Positions 18,365 through 31,157 are shown, counted from the first letter of the whole stretch. The stretch: DNA of 62,959 nucleotides, filler included, from Aduncisulcus paluster (GCA_024181965.1; 33 parts of 33 records of this genome joined end to end with filler, not necessarily neighbours in it); one strand, 5' to 3'. Notes: generated by a model not told the origin, from the sequence alone. Numbers and translations are program-made.

Positions 18365-19354
18365 TGGGAACAGCATCGCCACCGGCGCATTCACCACAAC
18401 CCAGGTGGCCGCCGCGGCCGCCGCGGTCTTGGCGAACTCGTGCATTTTGCCGCTGCGCAGGCTCACCAACAGCAGCGGGAGCAACAGCAGCATCGGATAC
18501 AGCTTGGCGGCCACGCCCAGCCCCATCAGCACACCCGCGAGCCACGGCTTCTTGCGTGCCCACGCCCACAGCGCCGTCATACTGAAAGCCGTTGCGAGAG
18601 CATCGAAATTCGTGAAGATCTGGAATATCACTATCGGGGACGCGGCGATCATCACCACATCCCACGGACGGGTGCGCGGGCTCAATCCTGCACTGGCCCA
18701 AATGGTTACCAGCCAGGCCAGAGCCAGCCCAAACGCCACGATGTCGAAGAACATCACCACCTCGGCCACGATGGGCAACCCGAGTAGATCGCTGGCCTGC
18801 GTGTAGGTCTTGGCCAGCGCCATCGCGGTGTACTGATACACCCCGGTGACCACCGGGTACTCCATGTACCGGACCGCCGGGGTGCCGTCGTACTGGATCT
18901 TCTGGTGCCCGCCCGAATCGGTTTCCAGCCAACTCGACTTGTACGGGAAGCGGCCCTGGTTCAGCAGCTCCGCGCCGTACAGCGGCACGGTGTCCGAATA
19001 GCACAGCTCGTAGTAGGCACGGTTGTTATCCCAATTGGCCACGCGCGCAGCGCCGTTCCCGGTGCCGCTCTGCTGCAGGCAGGGCGCCTTGCTGGTCCAT
19101 CCCAGGATGAGGAACCCCAGCGCGATGATGAACACCACCCGTAGCGGCGTCCAGAACGGCTGCCTGCCGGCCAGTGCATGCCGGCCCAACGGTCCACCCA
19201 CGACCTCGGATAGCTCAGCACCCATCGCGTCGGTGCGACTGGGGAAATCGCGATCGTCGGCGCTTCGCAGATCATCCGCCAGCTCCTCTGGCGACACCGT
19301 CGCACGCTCAAGCTCGTCGGCTACGCGGCGCTCATCCTGAATGTCGCCGGCCAC
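18365..19354 (-). CDS. Glycosyltransferase family 87 membrane protein (Rv0051-like), 3'-truncated; start uncertain
   Basis: LCYSDTVPLY, YMEYPVVTG, FTNFDALA, GVAAKLYP; follows ponA1. Confidence 0.85.
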
Positions 19355-19382
19355 GCGGCTCCGAGAATCTGTCGGCACCTGC

Positions 19383-20342
19383 CTACTGCCCCGGCGGTGG
19401 TGCGTCACCCGCCGGTGGCGCTGCCGGGCCAACCGGAACCGTCGTCGGCGGCCCCACCGGAATGGTGATACCGGGCGCGATTTCGATGGTGGGCTGGATG
19501 ACCGTCACTTCACCGCCGCCTGCCGGCGCGGGCACCGGCGGACCGTTGGGAACCGGCGGAGGCGGCACGTACGTGGGCACACCGGCGTAACCGCCGATCG
19601 GCCCCGGCTTCGGGAACGTCTCCTTGGTGGTGCCCTCCAGGGCGCCGTCCATGGTCTTCTTCCAGATATCCGACGGCAGCCCGGAACCGTAAATCGGTCC
19701 ACCCCAGCTCGTCTTGATGGGCTTGCCGTCGTCGGTCCCGACCCATACCGCCGTCGAGAGCGACGGGGTGAAGCCGACCATCCAGGCGTCCTTGTTGTCC
19801 TTGGTGTCGCCCAGCTGCGCGGTACCCGTCTTGGNNNNNNNNNNNNNNNNNNNNNNNNNNNNNNNNNNNNNNNNNNNNNNNNNNNNNNNNNNNNNNNNNN
19901 NNNNNNNNNNNNNNNNNNNNNNNNNNNNNNNNNNNNNNNNNNNNNNNNNNNNNNNNNNNNNNNNNNNNNNNNNNNNNNNNNNNNNNNNNNNNNNNNNGCG
20001 TCCACCGGCCAAGTTGTGTCCGCGCGAGTAGGCCGCGATGGGCTTCATCGCCGAGATCGCGTTGTTCGCGACATCATCCGAGATGCGCTTCTCACCCGTG
20101 TTATCCGACGAGCCCGCGTCGAAGAGCACCTGACCGTCCGCGTTCACCACCTTCTGGATGAAATGCGGCTTGCGGTAGGTGCCGGACGCCGCCAGAGTCG
20201 CGTACGCCGAGGCCATATCGAGCACGCGGGTCTGGTACTGGCCCAGCACCACACCGTTATTGGGCGGACCGCCCTGCCCGTCTTCGGACAAGGTGTGCGC
20301 GACACCGGGGAAGTTCTCGGCGATACCGGCGTTGTGCGCGGC
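19383..20342 (-). CDS. ponA1: Class A penicillin-binding protein PonA1, C-terminal part with Pro-rich tail
   Basis: MASAYATLA, KTGT, DAWMVGFTPSLSTAVWVG, QPTIEIAPGITIP. Confidence 0.85.
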   Translation of the reverse strand, partial: AAHNAGIAENFPGVAHTLSEDGQGGPPNNGVVLGQYQTRVLDMASAYATLAASGTYRKPHFIQKVVNADGQVLFDAGSSDNTGEKRISDDVANNAISAMKPIAAYSRGHNLAGGRXXXXXXXXXXXXXXXXXXXXXXXXXXXXXXXXXXXXXXXXXXXXXXXXXXXXXXXKTGTAQLGDTKDNKDAWMVGFTPSLSTAVWVGTDDGKPIKTSWGGPIYGSGLPSDIWKKTMDGALEGTTKETFPKPGPIGGYAGVPTYVPPPPVPNGPPVPAPAGGGEVTVIQPTIEIAPGITIPVGPPTTVPVGPAAPPAGDAPPPGQ

Positions 20343-20442
20343 NNNNNNNNNNNNNNNNNNNNNNNNNNNNNNNNNNNNNNNNNNNNTTAATTAATTAANN
20401 NNNNNNNNNNNNNNNNNNNNNNNNNNNNNNNNNNNNNNNNNN

Positions 20443-22259
20443 GCAAGAGAGATGAACACTTTACCACCATTACTAGGAAGGTTGTTTTTAGCAGCACTTT
20501 GTGCTTTTGCAAATGCTTTTCCAAAATCATCACTGATACCCATAACTTCACCTGTAGATTTCATCTCAGGTCCTAAAATAAGATCAGCACCACTTAGTTT
20601 ATTGAATGGGAATACTGCTTCTTTAACAGCAACATGTCCTTTTAACATAGGTAATAATAAATTTGCTCTTGATGGGTTTGTAACATTTACAATTTTTTCA
20701 TCTTTATCGTAAGCTTTTAAAGCGTCTTTTAAAGACTCTCCATACATAACTCTAGTAGCAACTTTTGCCATAGGAATACCTGTAGCTTTCGATACAAAAG
20801 GTACTGTTCTACTAGCTCTTGGGTTTACTTCAATTAAATAAATTTTACCATGATGAATAGCATATTGCGTATTCATAAGTCCTACTACACCTAGCTCTAA
20901 AGCCATAGTTTTTGTTTTCTCTTCTACCTCTTTTAAAAGTGTATCAGATAAACTTATTGGAGGTAAACTACAAGCTGAATCTCCAGAGTGAATACCCGCT
21001 TCTTCAATATGTTGCATAATACCACCAATATATACATCAGTTCCATCAGTAATACAATCTACATCAAGCTCAATAGCACGATCTAAAAATTTATCTACTA
21101 AAACTGGTGCATCATTTGATACTGAGACAGCTTCTGCCATATATTGTTTGAGCTCTGCATCACTATAAACAATCTTCATACCTCTACCACCAAGTACAAA
21201 TGAAGGTCGTACAAGTACTGGATAAGTAACTCTATTTGCTATTTCTAGTGCTTCTTCTAAAGTAACAGCAGTACCATTATCTGGTTGTAACAGTCCAGCT
21301 TTTTCTACAAATGTAGAGAATTTTTCTCTATCTTCAGCTAGGTCAATCACTTCTGCAGTTGTACCGATGATTTTACCACCCATATCGTGAATAGCATTTG
21401 CTAATTTTAATGGCGTTTGCCCACCAAAGTGTACAATTATACCATCTGGATTTTCTGTTTCTATTACATTTCGTACATGTTCAAAATCAATAGGCTCAAA
21501 ATATAAAATATCTGAAGTATCATAATCTGTTGAAACCGTTTCTGGATTACAGTTATACATGATTGTTTTTACACCCATCTCATTTAAAGCAAATGAAGCA
21601 TGACAACAACAATAGTCAAACTCAATACCTTGACCAATTCTATTTGGACCTCCACCGATAATTAAAACTTTTTTATCTGAAGATTTTGTTTCATCTAGTT
21701 TTGGTAGTTTTGTAATATTTGTAGATGAATATAAATATGGTGTTAATGCTTTAAATTCTGCTGCACAAGTATCTACTTCATTGTATTCAAGATTTATACC
21801 TAAATTTTTTCTAGCATTATATACATCATTTTGATTTGTTCCAGTTAGTTTTGCAATCATCTCATCACCAAAACCAAATGTTTTTACTTTTCTTAAAATT
21901 CTTCATCTGATAAAGTTTTTTCTTGTAAAGATTTCATCTTACACTCAGCGTTATAAATTTCTCTAAATTGTGTTAAGAACCAAGGGTCAATATTACAAAG
22001 TTCAAATAATTCTTCGTTTGTTAAACCTTCTCTATATCCTTGCATTAAATATAAGATTCTATTTTCATTTGGTCTTCTTATCTCTTTTTTAATAAGATCT
22101 AGATTTCCTTCCATTTCATTGAATCCTATAAGTCCTGTTTCTAAAGAACAAAGTGCTTTTTGCATAGACTCTTTAAATGTTCTACCCATAGCCATAACTT
22201 CACCAACAGATTTCATACCAGTTGAGAGTGTAGAGTTTGCCAATGGAAATTTTTCAAAT
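20443..22259 (-). CDS. carB: Carbamoyl-phosphate synthase large chain (internal fragment; 1-nt frameshift near 21895)
   Basis: MKSVGEVMA, GPNRIGQGIEFDY, EVNPRASRTVPF, GPEMKSTGEVMG. Confidence 0.95.
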
Positions 22260-22359
22260 NNNNNNNNNNNNNNNNNNNNNNNNNNNNNNNNNNNNNNNNN
22301 NNNTTAATTAATTAANNNNNNNNNNNNNNNNNNNNNNNNNNNNNNNNNNNNNNNNNNNN

Positions 22360-22540
22360 TATCAGTGAAGATATGAGTAAAAAAATCGATTCAGTAGTTC
22401 AATTAAGACTAGATGAGTTAAATCCAAAGATGGTAAAAAACCTAGTACAAGATATGATTAAAGAACACCTTGGATGGCTTGTAGTTTGGGGTGGAGTCTT
22501 TGGTGGACTTATTGGATTAGTGGGTTCGTTTGTATTGTAG
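22360..22540 (+). CDS. DUF445-like membrane protein, C-terminus
   Basis: RLDELNPKMVKNLVQDMIKEHLGWLVVWGGVFGGLIG*. Confidence 0.7.
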
Positions 22541-22551
22541 GCTTTATTTAA

Positions 22552-22631
22552 AAGACTTTTTTATAAAACAATAATATTTTATAGAAAGTCTTAAAAACTA
22601 AAACAAACATAAAGTTTGATTTAGTTTTTAA
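22552..22631. terminator. Two adjacent AT-rich hairpins between convergent genes
   Basis: AAGACTTT..AAAGTCTT and AAAAACTAAA..TTTAGTTTTT inverted repeats. Confidence 0.55.
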
Positions 22632-22658
22632 CTGTGATGAAAATACAATTAGAACAAT

Positions 22659-23696
22659 TTATTCTACTGTTTGCGTAATCCAACCACTTCCTAGAACTTT
22701 TTCATCTTCATAAAATACAGCAACTTGACCAGATGCTACACCATATACAGGCTCTTTAAGTTCTATATTTGCGATACCATTTTCAATAGTAACACTACAT
22801 GGAATTTTTGTTGTTCTATATCTTAGCTTGATAGTACACTCAAAAGAATCACCATCTACATAAAGGTTAAGGTCATTTAGTTTTACATTTGTTATAGCTA
22901 AGTCCTCTTTTTTCCCTACAACTATTGTATTTGTTTTTGGATTTAACGATTTTACATAGTGTGGCTCGTGTGCGCCATCAACAGTAAAACCTTTTCTTTT
23001 ACCGATTGTGTAGTGCATATATCCTTTATGTTTTCCTACTTCATTGCCATTAACATCTAAAACTTTTCCATCTTGATCGATTTTATTGTGTTTTTTGAGG
23101 ACATCTGTATAAACAGTTTCAACAAAACAAATCTCTTGAGACTCTTTATTTTCAGATATTTTTTTAATAGCAGGAATTTGAGATGCTTGCTTGATGATAT
23201 CTTCTTTTTTATAAATAGACATTGGAAAAATTAGATGTTTTAATACATCTTTTTTTACTTGTGCAAGAAAATAACTTTGATCTTTTGTTTTATCATCTGC
23301 TTCATAGATAAATTCACCATCAGTTTTTGCGTAGTGTCCAGTTGCTAGATAATCTATACCTAAACTTTTAGCAAAATCAAACATCCCACCGAACTTGATA
23401 CTTCTATTACATTTTACACATGGATTTGGTGTACGACCTTTTTTGTATTCATCTACAAAATAGTTATAAACTTCATTTTTGAAGTCATCTTCTAAATCTA
23501 GTACATGATATTCAATACCTAAAAAATCAGCAACTCTTTTCCCTGCTTCGATATTCTTTTCATGATATCCAACTCTTGAGTTGTGAAGTTTCATATAACA
23601 GCCAGTTACTTCATACCCATCTTTTTGTAACATATAAGCTGTCATAGAAGAATCAACTCCCCCACTCATACCAACTAATACTTTCTTATTGTTCAT
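22659..23696 (-). CDS. mnmA: tRNA 2-thiouridine(34) synthase MnmA
   Basis: MSGGVDSS, TPNPCVKCN, ATGHY, KDQSYFL, ESQEICF. Confidence 0.97.
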   Translation of the reverse strand: MNNKKVLVGMSGGVDSSMTAYMLQKDGYEVTGCYMKLHNSRVGYHEKNIEAGKRVADFLGIEYHVLDLEDDFKNEVYNYFVDEYKKGRTPNPCVKCNRSIKFGGMFDFAKSLGIDYLATGHYAKTDGEFIYEADDKTKDQSYFLAQVKKDVLKHLIFPMSIYKKEDIIKQASQIPAIKKISENKESQEICFVETVYTDVLKKHNKIDQDGKVLDVNGNEVGKHKGYMHYTIGKRKGFTVDGAHEPHYVKSLNPKTNTIVVGKKEDLAITNVKLNDLNLYVDGDSFECTIKLRYRTTKIPCSVTIENGIANIELKEPVYGVASGQVAVFYEDEKVLGSGWITQTVE

Positions 23697-23759
23697 AAGG
23701 ATTTCCTTTTTTTAAAAAGTGGCAATTATATCCCTAGATAACTTCTAGGGATATTTAAC

Positions 23760-25089
23760 CTATGCGTTAAATGCAGTTTCTAAATCTGCAATAAGGTCTG
23801 AGGCATCTTCAAGACCAACACTTACTCTTACTAATCCTTCTGTAATTCCAATCTCTTTTTGCTCATCAAGAGGAATTTGCTGATGAGTTGTTGTTGATGG
23901 GTGAGTTATGATAGATTTTGAATCACCAATATTAGCAACTATTGAAAATAGATCTGTATTGTCAAGAATTTTCCAAGCTGTATCTTTGTCTTTTACTTCA
24001 AAACTTAATAAACCACTACACAAACCATCTTTAAAATACTTATTTGCTAAAGCATGGTATTTATTTGACTTCAATCCAGGATAATTTAAGTTAAATACTT
24101 CAGAGTTTGATTCTAAATATTCGGCTACTTTTTGAGTATTTGCACTATGTTTTTCCATTCTTAAACCTAAAGTCTCAAGACTTTGAATAAGTGACCATGA
24201 GTTAAATGGAGATGGTGTAGCACCAATATCTCTAAGAAGTGCAAGTCTGATTCTTAAGTTAAACGGAGGAAATGGTAAATCTGTATATACCAAACCATGG
24301 TAACTCTCATCTGGTGTAAAGAAGTGAGTATATCGTGGATTGTCTTTAAAGAAATCTGTTAAACCATCTCTATCGACTATAGCNNNNNNNNNNNNNNNNN
24401 NNNNNNNNNNNNNNNNNNNNNNNNNNNNNNNNNNNNNNNNNNNNNNNNNNNNNNNAAGCTAGACCTTGTCCTGACATATATTTACTACAACTATGTACAA
24501 CTATATCTGTACCATGTGCAATTGGGTTGATTAAGTATGGAGTTGCTACTGTATTATCACAAATAGAAACAATACCATGTTTTTTAGCAATAGCAGAAAT
24601 TGCATCAATATCGGCAACTGCAATTTGTGGATTAGATAATGATTCAAAGAAGATTGCTTTTGTTTTATCATCAACTAGTGCGTTGATTGTTTCTGGATTG
24701 TCTAGTTCAAAAACTCGAGCTTCAAGACCAAATCTTTTCATTGTGTGCTTAAATAAAGTTACACTTCCACCATAAATTTTATCAGAGATGATGATATTGT
24801 CACCTGTTTCAAATAGATTTGAAATTGCATAAAAAATAGCAGCTTGCCCACTTGATGTTGCAATAGCACTAGCACCACCCTCAAGCTCGGCTATTCTAGC
24901 TTCTAAAGTAGCTGTTGTAGGGTTTGTTAATCTTGTGTAGATATTTCCTAAATCTTGTAGTGTAAATCTATCAGATGCTTGTTGAGCAGTTTCAAAAGCA
25001 TAAGCTGTTGATTGATAGATCGGTACAGCCATTGTCCCTTGAGTGTCTTTATTGTATCCTGCGTGTATTGCTAAAGTCTCTTTATTCAT
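23760..25089 (-). CDS. metY: O-acetylhomoserine aminocarboxypropyltransferase (split by N gap)
   Basis: PIYQSTAY, YTRLTNPT, DNTVATP, ANIGDSKS, HPSTTTHQQ, RVSVGLE. Confidence 0.9.
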
Positions 25090-25437
25090 TATTTTTCCTT
25101 TTTTANNNNNNNNNNNNNNNNNNNNNNNNNNNNNNNNNNNNNNNNNNNNTTAATTAATTAANNNNNNNNNNNNNNNNNNNNNNNNNNNNNNNNNNNNNNN
25201 NNNNNTAGCCTTCTTTTCGCGACAGCAATGATTTGCTGGATAATGGATTTTCTTGTTTTTCAGTAAAAAATATTGGTTTGTAAGAAAAAATAAGAGAGAC
25301 ACATCGAGGCTCTTTTATTAACAAATTGAAATTCAAACATTAAATGTATGTGTATTATTACATAATAAACTGGCACGATTTTGGCTTAGTTTGAAAGTAA
25401 TAATGAATGCAAAATAATGAACTAAGGGAGAGATAAA

Positions 25438-25923
25438 ATGGCTAACAATGAACTTACCAAGCTTTTACAGGATGTTGTACTTAAAAACGATAAGCCTGCT
25501 CGTGATGTTGCAAACGAAATCAATAAGCCTTACCCCACCCTTCTTCGTGAAATTAACCCCGAAGATAAAGGTGCTAAAGTAGGCGTTGAAGAACTGATCC
25601 CCATCATGAAAGCTACCGGCAGCATTCGTCCTCTGACCAGGCTTGCAAACATCATGGGTTACGTACTCGTTCCCATGGATATCAATCCTGAAGATCCTGA
25701 TGAAGCAAACTACATGGCTCTCGATCTCATGGACGGTTTCGGTCGTTACTCCAAGGCTCTCAAAAGCGCCCTGTAGGCTGATCCTTCCGACGAACTGGTA
25801 GATTCCGTAGAACAGGAAGGCTTTGAAGCAATCACCGCTATCCTGACCATGGTTCATTACCTGCGCAAAAGATCTGAAGAAGAAAAAGCCAAGAACGCAC
25901 CGCGTCTCGCTCAGGTCAGCTAA
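25438..25923 (+). CDS. Phage regulatory CII-like protein (Desulfovibrionaceae) with in-frame TAG at 25774
   Basis: KPARDVANEINKPYPTLLREINPEDKGAKVG; the frame continues 48 codons past the TAG to TAA 25923, followed by a terminator. Confidence 0.7.
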
Positions 25924-25954
25924 TTGAATCTGAGTTGATCGATAAGGTTCCATC

Positions 25955-25993
25955 AAAAAAATCCCCGCCAGTTGATACTGGCGGGGATTTTTT
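25955..25993. terminator. Bidirectional intrinsic terminator
   Basis: A7-TCCCCGCCAGT-tgat-ACTGGCGGGGA-T6. Confidence 0.9.
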
Positions 25994-26025
25994 TGTTCAG
26001 CACTCAGCTGGTGTCTGAAAAAAGA

Positions 26026-26241
26026 TTAGCAGTTATGAACGTCCTTATTGATGTAGAAGCAGAGGTCGAAGAGGTTGTTGACCATCTGGTCCACGAGATG
26101 GTCCTGCTCCGGGCAGGGGGCTTGAGTGTTTACTGTCTTATTTATGATTTTTGCAAATAATACCGAAACAAGTTCATCGTCTTTGTGGCTCCAATACTTG
26201 GTCGCAGACGCAGCTTTGTTATCAAATCCGTGATAATACAT
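26026..26241 (-). CDS. Small hypothetical protein
   Basis: RBS GGAGG before ATG 26241; converges on the terminator. Confidence 0.6.
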   Translation of the reverse strand: MYYHGFDNKAASATKYWSHKDDELVSVLFAKIINKTVNTQAPCPEQDHLVDQMVNNLFDLCFYINKDVHNC

Positions 26242-26406
26242 ACACTCCTCCATGAGTGGGGACATCCGGCGGGCAGAAATTCACCTGCCGGTTCATACTT
26301 TTGCTANNNNNNNNNNNNNNNNNNNNNNNNNNNNNNNNNNNNNNNNNNNNTTAATTAATTAANNNNNNNNNNNNNNNNNNNNNNNNNNNNNNNNNNNNNN
26401 NNNNNN

Positions 26407-27868
26407 TATTATTGAAGAAAACTTTTTTGGACATAGTACATATAGAATTACCATACCATATAAAGCAGAACAAACAAATTCAATTGATTGTTTAAGTTGT
26501 CATGAAACACAAGTGGGAAATACTCTGGGTGCTATTTCAATGGTTATGACAATGGATGATCTAAAAGATGCTAGTTTAGAAATTATGATGTATGTTTCAG
26601 TGATATCATTGATTTTGATTTTGATTATTCTGTTTTTTGTAACAAATTTAATTACACCATATTTAGCAATTTTTAAATCTATAAAAGATGTTATGAAAGC
26701 TGCAAAAAAAGGTGACTATTCTGCACGAATTTTAGGTGTTAATAAAGGTGAGGCAAAAGAGGTTGCTCATTGGATTAATGAACACATGAATAAATTACAA
26801 AATAATCTTTCTGTTATAGAGAAAAAAATCAATATTTTCCTAACAGCGCATAAACCAGATGCTAGTTTAGATCCTATGCTTGAAGTACAAAATACAGTTA
26901 CACGACTTGCTGATATATATAATTTTAGAAAAACAATTGAACATGATGAAAGAATAGAAGATGTATACAAAAGATTTGCACATGTATTAATCAGTAAATT
27001 CAATATTACTAACTTCAATTTTCTTGAAGCAGATACAACAAATAAAACTACTGATATCGTGTATGTAAATCAAGAGATTGTATGTGATCCTGTTTTAAAA
27101 GGCTGTAGAGCAGATAGAACAAACACTATGGTTGACTCATGTCAATTTCAAAATGTATGTGAGCACAGTAAAAATACTGATAAATTTTATATTTGTGTTC
27201 CTTATTCAATTTCAAATGATTTAGATTTTATAGTTTCAATTGTAACAGATACACAAGAAGAACATGATAGAATTCGAGGTTTACTACCATTTATCAATGA
27301 CTATGTTGGTTCATCAAAACCTGAAATTGTAAGTAAAAAACTTATGCAGATTTTAGAAAAAAATGCACAAACAGATCCATTGACTAATTTATATAATAGA
27401 AAATATTTAGAAAAATATATTGATGGACAACTTTATAATGGAAAATATAAAAATATTCCTTGTGGTTTGATGATGGTTGATATTGACTTCTTTAAACTTA
27501 TCAATGATAACTATGGTCATGATATTGGAGATATTGCTATTAAAACTATCTCAAATACTCTGATGGATGTTGTTGACCCAACTGATGTTATTATAAGATT
27601 CGGTGGAGAAGAGTTTATTGTTGTACTTACAGACTGTACCGAAGAAAAACTACAACGAAAAGCTGAAGAGATAAGAATAGCATTTTCTCAACAAAAAATT
27701 CAGGCACAAAGTGAATCATTTAGTAAAACAGTAAGTATAGGTACTTCACTATTTCCAAACAAAGATAAAAGTTTCTGGAAATATGTAAAACAAACAGATA
27801 TAGCATTGTATCAAGCGAAACACCATGGAAGAAATCAAGTGGTTCGATATAAAGAAGGTATGGAATAG
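26407..27868 (+). CDS. Membrane diguanylate cyclase (CxxCH sensor, TM, HAMP-like, GGEEF), 5'-truncated
   Basis: DPLTNLYNR, DIDFFKLINDNYGHDIGD, RFGGEEF, K.HGRN; CLSCH at 26489-26503. Confidence 0.9.
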
Positions 27869-28061
27869 CATTGCATTATGCAATGAAATTGAAAACTAAT
27901 CATCTATTGTGATAAAGTAAGTAAAAATATTAGGATATATTATTGGAAAGAATAGTTGAGCNNNNNNNNNNNNNNNNNNNNNNNNNNNNNNNNNNNNNNN
28001 NNNNNTTAATTAATTAANNNNNNNNNNNNNNNNNNNNNNNNNNNNNNNNNNNNNNNNNNNN

Positions 28062-29536
28062 TGCCGAATGTCTTCCATTGCTTTGGCATGAGTCTCAAGA
28101 TCTTCCGAGATACGAGTGGAACTATCAAAGTACTCGCGAGTTTTGGGGAATAGATGGTCAAACATTTCCTCGAATATCCTCTTCTCCTTCATCTTCATCT
28201 TCTCCATATCTCCTCTTTTCATCCTCTCCCACAATCCGACATGCATCACGTTCGATGATATCCAATGGTCACCTGATACAGACCGTGAGGAGCTTGATTG
28301 TCGTTCAAACAGAAGCAACACTTTCTCAACATATTTAGTAGTGCATGGGAATTTCAGAATGTGTGCGAGATAGACACCCTCAAGAGGTGTTTGGAGCTGG
28401 AAGTGATACGGAATAGCCCGCTCTCGACAGAAACAAACCACACTGATCTTCCCTGGGGTATTGTATTGGTTGTCTTCTGAAATGGGATCGAATGTGATGA
28501 CACTTATCTCAGAGAGACATATGGGTGTATCGAAGAAGTAACACATGGAACATGCATCCAATGGAGTTCTGAATGCACCCTCAGAATTGTCAGAATGACA
28601 CACATTATCGGAGAGATGGGCAACTTGTGGAGTATCCTCAAAGAAATGCTCGGCATATTCTTCCCCTTCATTTGGATTATTAGACACCCACGAACCTGCA
28701 AATACATGATGTTGACGACATTCTGAGAAGTCTCGTCGAAGCTGTTTGAAAGTATCGATAATCGAGCGATTGAAGTATTTTGGGAAGTTGCATTGAACAG
28801 GGGCATCGTTGCGAGAGAACAACAATGAGGACGAAACAATCTTCTCATCCTGTTCTGGATTGTCAATAATACTTTTCCATCCGAGACTGTAAGCACGATC
28901 GCATTCGGCCTTGATGGAATGAAGTCCACGCTTCATCAATCTCAAAGTTTTGTCGATCCTGCGTAGGAAGTGGCCTCCATCGATCTCTTCCCAATCCTTC
29001 CTCCTTGTCTTCAAAACAACACGGGAGACAGAATCATTCAGAGTGCCCTTCTGAGAACGGCTTGAAGAGGATCTCGGAACATCTTTTTCACCTTCTTCCA
29101 AACTCTTCACTCGCGCAATATCTGAACTCCACTCTTTCTCAAAGGGATCATACGAAGCACGAATCCCTTCTGTATACCCAAATCTCGTTTCCTTTTCGAG
29201 CTTGTGAACAAGTTCGGCAAGTAGAGCCCTTGTGTATGCAAGTTGAAGACGGTTCGACTCTTCGTTTGTAGTGGATGATGATGGAGTCTGTTTCACCTGT
29301 GGTAATTCATGATACATGAAGAAATATTTGTTACGCAATCCAGGATGCACATCCCCACTCGCAACATAGTTATTGAGTCGTTTCACAAGTGCTTCTCCAT
29401 GGAAAGGGAACACCTTGCGCAACGAACATTGGATCTTCGAGGAATCACCTCCTCCCAAGTGATGAGAAAGACCAACGAGCATCACAACAAGGTTCGTGCG
29501 ATGTGTTTCCCCAGACTTCCACTCGAGAATGTCCAA
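28062..29536 (-). CDS. Eukaryotic hypothetical protein (partial)
   Basis: About 490 open codons, no recognised domain. Confidence 0.55.
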
Positions 29537-29775
29537 GAGGAGATCTTCTGCAGCTCGGAAGGAGTAGATGTCACAAACATCGAAAACAACACACGCAGCA
29601 AGGAATTGATTGAATTCATCCTTTCTGCTATAATGAATCCCAAGCTCTTGTTTCCAATACCTCTCAGAGTCAATCNNNNNNNNNNNNNNNNNNNNNNNNN
29701 NNNNNNNNNNNNNNNNNNNTTAATTAATTAANNNNNNNNNNNNNNNNNNNNNNNNNNNNNNNNNNNNNNNNNNNN

Positions 29776-30474
29776 ATCAATAGTGAGAAGGGAAACATCG
29801 AAGGTACCACCTCCAAGATCGAAGATAAGAACGTTCTTCTCCTCATCACCTCCTTTGTCAAGACCATAGGCAATGGCAGCGGCGGTAGGCTCGTTGATGA
29901 TACGAAGGACATCAAGACCAGCAATACGACCGGCATCCTTGGTGGCTTGACGTTGGGCGTCGCTGAAGTAGGCAGGAACAGTGATAACAGCTTGATCAAC
30001 ATTCTCGCCAAGGTAATCTTCGGCAATCATCTTCATCTTAGTGAGAACCATGGCAGAAACCTCCTCTGGAGTCATCTCACGTTTCTCACCATCATCGTTG
30101 GCGATAATGAGGGGCTTTCCACCCTTGTTAATAATTTGATATTGGAGGTTCTTGATGTCTCTCTCCAGAGATTGGTCTTTGGCTCCAAAATTACGGCCAA
30201 TGAGACGTTTGACATCATAGATTGTGTTTTCAGGGTTGCTGGCAGCTTGATTCTTGGCAGCATCCCCAACAAGACGCTCACCATCAGAGAAAGCCACATA
30301 TGAGGGGGTAATACGGTTTCCTTGGTCATTGATAATGATATCCTCTTGTCCGTCTCTGGAAATAGACACACATGAATAGGTAGTTCCAAGATCAATACCG
30401 ACAGCAGCACAGTGGCAAGAAACAAATAAAACGCAGCAAATTACAAGAGCAACAAGAATATTCTTTCGATCCAT
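29776..30474 (-). CDS. ER Hsp70 (BiP/GRP78), N-terminal part
   Basis: Signal peptide followed by [54 protein letters not shown]. Confidence 0.93.
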
Positions 30475-31157
30475 AATTGAAAGTTAGTTCGTAATCAAAA
30501 TCGATCAAAACAAAACAAAACCACCAAGGATGTGTGCTGACATGAGGTGATCTATTTTTTTCCGTCAGATTGATTTTTTTTAGAGGGTCTATCGGGGCGT
30601 ATAAACACTCAGAAAGATAGAATAAATTTTCTTTTCACTAAACGATTAATGATAATTTCAATTAATTTTGGTTGAAATTCTATTGTATTGGACGGATGGA
30701 AGAATTCTTCTCTTCTTCGATGCAATGGGGTAATACGGTTTCCTTGGTCATTGATAATGATATCCTCTTGTCCGTCTCTGGAAATAGACACACATGAATA
30801 GGTAGTTCCAAGATCAATACCGACAGCAGCACAGTGGCAAGAAACAAATAAAACGCAGCAAATTACAAGAGCAACAAGAATATTCTTTCGATCCATAATT
30901 GAAAGTTAGTTCGTAATCAAAATCGATCAAAACAAAACAAAACCACCAAGGATGTGTGCTGACATGAGGTGATCTATTTTTTTCCGTCAGATTGATTTTT
31001 TTTAGAGGGTCTATCGGGGCGTATAAACACTCAGAAAGATAGAATAAATTTTCTTTTCACTAAACGATTAATGATAATTTCAATTAATTTTGGTTGAAAT
31101 TCTATTGTATTGGACGGATGGAAGAATTCTTCTCTTCTTCGATGCAATGGGGTAATA
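30305..31157. repeat. 422-bp tandem duplication of the BiP 5' end and upstream region
   Basis: Apparently identical units; 9-bp GGGGTAATA at 30305, 30727 and 31149. Confidence 0.95.

Noticed and set aside
21890-21900. carB split as a programmed frameshift or pseudogene
   Set aside because: Adding one T to a T4 run restores EEFLRKVKTFGFGDEMIAK; most likely a homopolymer sequencing error in a core gene.
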